From Octopus vulgaris (Eukaryota), in contig OX597825.1 of assembly GCA_951406725.2 (NCBI GenBank), positions 30,938,001-31,002,000 on the forward strand: 64,000 bases of DNA, read 5' to 3'. The notes below the pieces were generated by a model. It saw nothing but the letters and a program-made list of their open reading frames with translations. It was not told the DNA's origin and did not search any database. The position numbers and the translations under genes were made by a program. Of the stretch, positions 55,450-64,000 are shown piece by piece; position 1 is the stretch's first letter, and every line of letters begins with the position of its first letter.

Positions 55450-56189
55450 TATATGTATAAATTTAATTAGAGGATGTGCTAACCTCGTGAAAGGATGGTT
55501 GCATCCAAGGAAATACTGGTTCAATACCTACTGTTGTTAGGGAATGAAATTCCCTTAAAACAATAAGTATATATTAAGCATATAGGTATATATTAAGGTA
55601 TATATTAAGCATATCCACTCAAAAGAAGAAAAGAAAATGGAGATAAGGAAGTTAACAATTATCTATTATTAACAAATTGGTCATCTTCACTTCTTACAGC
55701 CATTTCAATTAATACTCAATAATTTAATTACAAATTTGCACATTAAATTTGGAATTATGTGACATGAGCATAATTTCATCAGAGAAAAAGAGATGTACCT
55801 AGGAATGTTATATGTGGACCTATCAATTCATTTCAGCAGACACTGAATATATGAATATATATATATATATGAAGAGAGAGAGAGAGAGAGAGAGAGAGTG
55901 AGAGAGAGAGAGCGAGAGAGAGACAGACACACAGACAGATAGATAGATAGATAAATATAGTAGAATAATAAAAATAAAGTTCTTGGTGCAGTATTATATC
56001 ATCAGCAGGTTGAAAAAATGAGTAGAGATGGGTTTTTTAGGGGAATCATTTTTATTTTAATCTTAATAATAACGTTTACAGTGAGTTACTGATATGAGTT
56101 CCAAGCTTCAAGTAGCTGTTTTCAAACAGAAAAATGTATGTTTTACTGGTTGCTTAAATAGCAAAAGATTTTTCCATACAAGTATACAA

Positions 56190-56229
<40 letters not shown>

Positions 56230-56232
<3 letters not shown>

Positions 56233-56826
56233 TTTAAATAATGAGGGAGATAAATTAATATTAATTTTAATATCAATTTAAAACCAGTAGTCTAGCATAC
56301 AAAAAATCTGAGAAATCAGAGAAATTCTAATATATGTGTATATTGGCAGGGCAAGGCTGCTAGGTAGTCGGCCGTATGCTAGAAATAGATCATCACCGAT
56401 CAAACTACAAAGAAAGTTCTCTAGAGGAAAAATTCAGTGAGCACCAGAACCAAATTTGGTGGGCAGGGCAGATGAAAATTTATATAAAAAACAGAATTAA
56501 TTGCATACCTCGGTTTCGGCCTTTAACAAAAGAATTACTTACATAATTCAAATGTCCGTGGCCTCATCAGTGCAATCTTTCAGTGTAAATGCAATCTGAA
56601 AAACTAACCCCAGCTTTCTGTGCCAAAACAGACACGTGTTTAGTTTTACCGATTACATTAGGTATAAAATTTCAAATGTCTTAGTTCCGGCACGCTAAAG
56701 AATTCCTGAAGTGAAGAACTGCATTAAATAATTCACTGCGGTTAGTGCTTACTACTAGAGAATGTATTTATTTCAATATTTAAATAATGAGGGAGATAAA
56801 TTAATATTAATTTTAATATCAATTTA
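56230..56826 (-). mobile_element. 546-bp unit with perfect 51-bp terminal direct repeat, inserted in (TA)n and carrying an intact hammerhead (retrozyme/Penelope pLTR-like)
   Basis: ATATTTAAATAATGAGGGAGATAAATTAATATTAATTTTAATATCAATTTA at 56230-56280 and 56776-56826; no ORF. Confidence 0.75.
56500..56576 (-). ncRNA. Type-I hammerhead ribozyme, canonical core
   Basis: Minus strand: AUUGCA-CUGAUGA-GGCC-(38 nt)-GGCC-GAAA-C-CGAG-G-UA, cleavage, UGCAAU; 6-bp stem I, 4-bp GC stem II base, all core nucleotides present. Confidence 0.85.
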
Positions 56827-57224
56827 CATATATATAATACAAAAGCATGTGTGGAGAAGAAGAAGAAGATAATGATGATGAAGAAGAAGAACAACAATAA
56901 CAACAGGAGGAGGAGGAAAGAAGAAAGAAAGAGAAGAAAAGAGGGAAAAAGTAAACGAAATTGAGAAAAAAATAATAATAAATATATAAATAAAAATAAA
57001 AATAAAGATAAGAAAAAAGATAAGACTAATAGCAATTGAGAACAATAGGAAGTTAATTTTTAATTTTTATGTATTTTCTATAATTTTAGTATTTTAAAAT
57101 ATTTTTTGTATTTTTAAACATTTTCCACCCCTCCCCCACCACCACCACTTTTTTATGTATATTTCTTGTGTATGAATACTTGTTAGAAAAAATCTTTTGC
57201 TATTTAAGCAACCAGTAAAACTTA

Positions 57225-57351
57225 TTTAATGACCCCGAAAGAATGAAAGGCAAAGTCGACCTTGGCGGAATTTGAACTCAGAACGTAGTGGCAGATAAAA
57301 TACAACTAAGCATTTCACCCGGTGTGCTAACGTTTCTGCCAGTTTACCGCC
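57225..57351 (-). mobile_element. SINE family B, 5' part
   Basis: Reverse complement of GGCGGTAAACTGGCAGAAACGTTAGCAC...GAGTTCAAATTCCGCCAAGGTCGACTTTGCCTTTCAT. Confidence 0.85.
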
Positions 57352-57919
57352 TTTCTTTTGTCCACTCACTCATATATATATATAGAGAGAGAGAGACCGA
57401 GAGAGAGAGAGAGAGTCTATATGAAAGAAGTCTTACTCTATGATAGCATCTGGTAGCCAATATCTGAAGAGCTTTGGAAAGCAAGCTACAAGATTATAAC
57501 CCAGATAATGATAAACATTATGTGTGTATGTGCATGTGTGTGTGTATGTGCATGTGTGTGCTTATGTGCATGTGTGTGTGAGTGTGTGCACATGTGTGAG
57601 TATACATGCAAATCTATAGGTTTATATGTATATGTGTGTTTGTGTATTGCTTTCTCCCACTTAAAGCTATTCTGATAAATATATTTCTGTGTTTCTTACA
57701 ATACTTGATACTAAAAGAGCAGAACTTTGGAGGGTAAAAATCTGACCCTGATCCTCTTATGAGTTTCAGTAATTTTACTGTCAAAATTCCATGACATTTT
57801 ATGCTTAGATACATATGTAAGGGACAGCATGTATGTGAGTATGTTTATGTATATACATAGAAATGAATAAAAACATAGATATATAAATGCATATACATAC
57901 ATATAATGCTTGAGTGTGC

Positions 57920-57965
<46 letters not shown>

Positions 57966-58195
57966 AAATGATTATAGATATGGATATGAAAATGCATATG
58001 TGTGAATATGCAATCATGTGTCTGTGCCTGTGTGTGCACATATATATATATATATATATATATGTGTATATATATATGTATATATACGTGTGTATATATA
58101 TATGTATATATACGTGTGTATATATATATACACACATATATATACATATATATATATATGTGCATATATATATGTACACATATATATATATACAG

Positions 58196-58262
<67 letters not shown>

Positions 58263-58718
58263 ATAATTCAACATAGACAGCAAGTAATGAAGACAAATCA
58301 GTCAGTGAGACAAACATGAAGAAATTATTCAACAGACAATAATTTGCATTGGAGAAGGATACACTGAGAGAGAAAAAGAAAGGAGAAAAGCAAATTCCTT
58401 AATGACTCCTTCCTCCCCTACCACCCTCCTCAACCATCACCCCTTCTTGCTCCTCCTCGTCCCCCTCCTTCCAATTCCATGGACCCCGATTGTGTTAACT
58501 GACGTTATTATCTTACCAGAAGTGTTCACCTTTTGACAAATTCGATATCATTTCTCCGAAAGTGTTATTTTTCCTTCCCACTCCACCCTACCCTACGTCT
58601 TAAATGTCTGGAGGATATCATATGAGAATCATATAAAGATGAACTCACATTTACCAAATGGCATTGCATGTTATTTTCTATCGCACTACAGTTAGATTGC
58701 ATTACTTCTTCAATTTTA

Positions 58719-58757
<39 letters not shown>

Positions 58758-59235
58758 CATTATGTTTATTTTTATTGTTGTTATTATCAATTGTATTCAT
58801 ATTATTATTATTTGTATGAGTGTAGTATTATCATTATTATTATTAGTAGTAGTAGTAGTAGTAGTAGTATTGGTGTTATTTCTTCATCATCACTATTTCA
58901 TTATTGTTATTTTGATTCCCATTAGATTGCTATTTTGGCATGATAAGGAGGATGGAGGTGGAAGCAATCGTTGAAATGGTAGAGCACCAATCAAAATGCC
59001 TTGTGCTGCACAATTACATCTCTCTATAAACACAAGTCTAGAGGGTGGTGTTCTTTCATTTTCCCCCCTGGGGTGGTGAGACAGATCTATATTATGGGTG
59101 CTAGAAAGATTCTATCACACACACATATTTTCTTCACCGCCTCTCCATACAAATTTGTGGCATTGAATCGATGTTATAAATCATTTTTTAAAATGATAGA
59201 ACCAAAATAAATGATTCCCAAGTTCTTAGTTATGT

Positions 59236-59461
59236 CTGGCAGAATCGTTAGCATGCCGGGCGAAATGCTTTGCGGTATTTCGTCTGCTGCTACGTTCTGA
59301 GTTCAAATTCTGCCGAGGTCGACTTTGCCTTTCATCCTTTCAGGGTCGATAAGTTAAGTAGCAGTTACGCACTGGGGTTGATGTAATCGGCTTAATCCGT
59401 TTGTCTGTCCTTGTTTGTCCTCTCTGTGTTTAGCCCCTTGTGGGTAGTAAAGAAATAGGTA
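59236..59461 (+). mobile_element. SINE family B
   Basis: Near-identical to 2802-3034, ending GTAAAGAAATAGGT. Confidence 0.9.
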
Positions 59462-59960
59462 CCTTTAGTTCAAATTGAACCAGGGTTAGTTTTTACAATC
59501 AAAACAAGTGAAACCAAATGGTCACAAGCCAGTGAAGAGACAAACATCATCATCATCATGGTTTTATGGATTTTAATGTTCCCTTTTCAACCTTGCATTG
59601 GTCACATGAAATTCATTGAGGCAGGATTTATATAGCTAGCTGCCCTTCTTGGAGTCAAAACTCACCTTATTTCCAAGCAGGCTAATATTCTTTCATGGCC
59701 GGGCATTTTTTCATAGTGGACAGGAAATAAATGACATTGCTTGTATGAAAGTAACTGAAAATGGACGTTGACAATAATCATGTGTTGCCAAGAGAAAGGA
59801 GACATGGAAAGACACACACATAAGTATATGTCAATGTCAACCTAATATACCCCCTGTTTGCCTGTATTTTTTACTGTTTTCATGTTTTTGTACCATGTAT
59901 ATATATATATATATATACCAGCGTCACCTTACTGGCACTTGTGCCAGTGATATGTGAAAT

Positions 59961-60001
<41 letters not shown>

Positions 60002-60026
60002 GTATTGTACATATATATATATATAT

Positions 60027-60083
<57 letters not shown>

Positions 60084-60084
60084 C

Positions 60085-60510
60085 CAATTGAGATGACGAC
60101 AGGCACCCCTGCCAACCCCCTTTGCTTGCGAAGACATGTTGGGGCAAGCGAAATCGAAATCGAATTGAACCAGCCAGGACCCCTGGACTGGTGGTACGTA
60201 AAAAGCACTATCCGACTCGTGGCCGATGCCAGCGCCGCCTCGACTGGATTCCGTGCCGGTGGCACGTAAAATGCACCAATCCGACCGTGGCCGTTGCCAG
60301 CCTCGCCTGGCACCTGTGCAGGTGGCACGTAAAAAGCACCCACTACACTCACGGAGTGGTTGGCATTAGGAAGGGTATCCAGCTGTAGAAACATTGCCAG
60401 ATAAGACTGGAGCCTGGTGCAGCCTTCTGGCTTCCCAGATCCCCGGTCGAACCGTCCAACCCATGCTAGCATGGAGAACGGACGTTAAATGATGATGATG
60501 ATGATGATGG
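60085..60510 (+). mobile_element. Long, CpG-rich (young) family C copy, probably the RTE-like LINE 3' UTR
   Basis: Three GG(C/T)ACGTAAAA.GCAC subrepeats, then GGCATTAGGAAGGGTATCCAGC...GGACGTTAAATGATG; inserted after (GATA)n. Confidence 0.85.
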
Positions 60511-61149
60511 ATAGACTGATAGATGGACAGAGAGACAGGTGCAAGCATAGCTGTATGGTTGAGATATTCCCTTCCCAACTACATGGTTTCAGGTGCAGCT
60601 CCACTGTGTAGACCGTTCGCAACTATTTTCTACTATAGCTCTGAATTCACTGAAGCCTTGGGGGTGGATTTGTTTGTCAGAACCGGAAAAAAGATAATTG
60701 TGCATGTGTGTGTGTACAGAAGTGTTGTGAGTGTCTTCTGTCAACAAATCCTCTGGGCCTTTCATGCCTTCATGCTATGTGGAAGAAGTAATCTGTTATT
60801 TGAGAAACAGTTAAGAGTTGCTTTTCAGAAGGACATCCTGCAGTAAATACTTCTCATACATGCTCATACACTCCGTGCAAGTAAGGGAAAGAAAGAACAA
60901 CCTCAGATGCTTATAGGCATGCAAGAAATTGCAGCCAAACCTCCCTCAAATTGCACTCTGCCATGTTGGCTATAAATAAATATACAAACGAGAAATACCA
61001 AAGATGACCTCAGAGGGAAGTTGGGGTGGAGGATGCCAGTGTGGGTGGTCATGGAAGTCTGTGACAGCTTTGCTTGATCAGTGTTGATCTTGCAGCTAAG
61101 CAACGATAACAGCAACAACAATTGCCTCCAAAAGTACAGAAACACTCTA

Positions 61150-61173
61150 GCACTGCTGCTGCTGCTGCTGCGG

Positions 61174-61221
<48 letters not shown>

Positions 61222-61510
61222 TCACCACCACCACCACCACCACTATTACTACCATGACCACCACCACCACTACCTCTACTACCATCAACCCTACCACTAC
61301 CACCACCATTTCTATTATTATTATTATTATTACTATCACCACCATTACCACAACCACCACCACCACTACTATTAGTATCATCACCCTACCACCACCACAA
61401 CCATCACCACAAACACCACTACCATTACTACAATCACCATCACCCCTATAACCAACACCACCACTAAACCACTACTAATGCTGCTGCTACTGCCCCTGCT
61501 GCTGCTACAA
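61150..61510. repeat. Compound trinucleotide microsatellite (GCT/ACT/ACC/ATT)
   Basis: Seen directly. Confidence 0.95.
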
Positions 61511-61719
61511 AGACTACAGTACATAGTAAATTAAAATTAAAAATAGAGATGAATGAAAAGCATGAAAAAAAAAATGACAATGTTTCACAACAACAGCAAC
61601 AACAACGAATATGAATATTGAATAATATAATGACATCTCACCACTACTACCACCACCATGACAATCACCAAAATCCTCACCTGTCCCCTTAATCCAAATA
61701 CACAACAAATACACAAATA

Positions 61720-62133
61720 GGCACAGGAGTGGCTGTGTGGTAAGTAGCTTGTTTACCAACCACATGGTTTCGGGTTCAGTCCCACTGCGTGGCACCTTGG
61801 GCAAGTGTCTTCTGCTATAGCCTCGGGCCGACCAATGCCTTGTGAGTGGATTTGGTAGATGGAAACTGAAAGAAGCCTGTCGTATATATGTATATATATA
61901 TGTATGTGTGTGTGTGTCTGTGTGTCTGTGCTTGTCCCCCTAGCATTGCTTGACAACCGATGCTGGTGTGTTTACGTCCCCGTCACTTAGTGGTTCGGCA
62001 AAAGAGTCCGATAGAATAAATACTGGGCTTACAAAGAATAAGTCCCAGGGTCGATTTGCTCGACTAAAGGTGGTGCTCCAGCATGGCCGCAGTCAAATGA
62101 CTGAAACAAGTAAAAGAGTAAAAGAGTAAGAGT
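61720..62133 (+). mobile_element. SINE family A, full length
   Basis: Complete head, body and (AAAGAGTA)n tail. Confidence 0.9.
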
Positions 62134-62778
62134 AACCCTTAGCTGTTTCATTTGCTTATCCCAATCCTCAGTGTTGTATCTCGGGTTTATCCCCAGGCCA
62201 AAGCTATACTTGTGTAAAAACCTGTGTAGGATATTACACAGTATATGTGTGTATGTGTGTGTGTGTGTATGTGTGTGTGTTGTTGCATCTGCATGCTGAA
62301 TGCAGTACGGGAAGGAGCAAGTTGGAGGGTGGTGTGATGGAAGGTATTTCAAGCAGAGTAGCAGAGTGGCAGAGTGGAAGTGAAAAAAAGTTATGAACAA
62401 GATGGCAGCACATAGATGGGAAGTTGAAATTTAAGTCCCTGGTAGATGAGAACTGATATCAGCAAGGTGTTGTTTCTGCCAGGTGCTCGTGTGACACACC
62501 CCACCCCATACTCCTCCCACTCCATCCCCCACCAGACACACATCATACATGCCTTGTTGCATGCAAACTTGTGCACACATACGTGCATACATACATAGAT
62601 ACGTGGATGCAACGTGCACATGGACTGCCAACTAAAAAAAGGTAAATGTTTCTTGAGATGTGCTTGTGATAGCTGACACTTTTGGCAAGAGAATTGAAAG
62701 ACAATCAGTGCACCTTACACAGACATATCAGAAATATAGGCATGAACACAATCATATTTCTATATATAGGTATATATA

Positions 62779-62871
<93 letters not shown>

Positions 62872-63419
62872 AGTGCATGTGTTTATTATACATACCTGTA
62901 TCTACACATATTCTCTAAATATAAACATCATATATGTGTGTGTGTTTATCTTGCTCTCCCTCTTTCTCTCTCTCTCTTTCTCTCGATATATATATATATA
63001 TAATATATATATATATGTATATATCTATCTATCTATCTATCAATATATATATATCAATATATATATATATATATATTATATGCACACATATATGTGGCCA
63101 TCACTCAATATGAACTAATAGATTCTAGGTACACATGAACTAGTGAGCAGGCACAAAGTTTCACTTGGTGCTGCCAACTTACTGCAACATTTAGGATTTC
63201 AAACCAGGAGAGTGTGCAGCACCAGCACTTGTCTACAATTTCATTTACTGACCCCTACCGACCCCAGAAGGATAAAAAGCAACTTGAACTTGGTGGGGGG
63301 TGGGATTAGAACTTGGAATACAGAGAGCCTGAACATATAGAACAATGGTTTCTATCAGATGCTCTAAATGACTTTGTCAATTCTCTACAGGTGTAAGTAC
63401 ACACACACACATACATATA

Positions 63420-63930
63420 TCATCATCGTCATCATCATTGCCATCATCATCATCATTTAGCATCCGCTTTCCATGCTGGCATGGGTTAGATGGTTTGAAT
63501 GAAACTGGTAAGCAGGAGAGCTGCACTCGATTTCAATCTGACTTGACATGGTTTCTACAGCTGGATGCCCTTCCTAATGCCAACCACTCCAAAAGTGTAA
63601 TGGGTAGGCTTAAGACTATAGTAGGAGAGAATAGTCTAAGGTGCTTTGTAGTGGGACTGAACTAGGAACCTTGTGATTGGGAAGCAAGTTTCTTACCATA
63701 CAGCCATGCTTATGCCTAGTAGTGGTAGTAGTGCCTATATGTGCATATATATATATATATATGACAGGCATCTTTCAGTTTCTGTCAACCAAATCCACTC
63801 ACAAGGCTTTGGTTGGCCCAAGGCTATAGTAATGTACACATGCCCAAGGGTCCACGCGGTGGGACTGAACCTGGAACCATGTGGTTGGGAAGCAACCTTC
63901 TTACAACACAGCCATGCCTGTGCCTATGTA
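63420..63930 (-). mobile_element. Family C tail (63420-63606) followed by two SINE A 5' fragments
   Basis: CTACAGCTGGATGCCCTTCCTAATGCCAACCAC, then GTGGGACTGAAC...CAGCCATG twice. Confidence 0.75.
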
Positions 63931-63939
63931 TTCATACGT

Positions 63940-63981
<42 letters not shown>

Positions 63982-64000
63982 TACTGCTTGTCTATCATTT

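Noticed and set aside
61122-61451. Mucin-like poly-A/T/I/P ORF
   Set aside because: Pure compound trinucleotide repeat, open on both strands, with no splice or domain context

Overview
AT-rich, microsatellite-saturated, repeat-dominated animal DNA. The SINE, LINE and microsatellite style looks like an octopus (coleoid cephalopod) intron or intergenic region; this is inference from pattern recognition, not a database hit. I recognise no intact host protein-coding gene, and almost all listed ORFs are microsatellite artefacts. Decayed transposons: a mariner transposase remnant (1.75-2.5 kb), several R4/Dong-type restriction-like-endonuclease LINE fragments (one framed by (TAA)n), two RTE-like LINE fragments, a CR1/L2-group 3' fragment, a Helitron-like element and a piggyBac-type MITE. 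At least four tRNA-derived SINE families are present, several with clean target-site duplications. There is also an 18-bp minisatellite with a 144-bp higher-order repeat. The most interesting signal is a set of about seven type-I minimal hammerhead-ribozyme motifs, mostly in short non-coding elements with terminal direct or inverted repeats beside (TA)n tracts, as expected for Penelope-pLTR or retrozyme-like elements. One (56500-56576, minus strand) has a fully canonical core. All coordinates were read by eye, so repeat boundaries are approximate.
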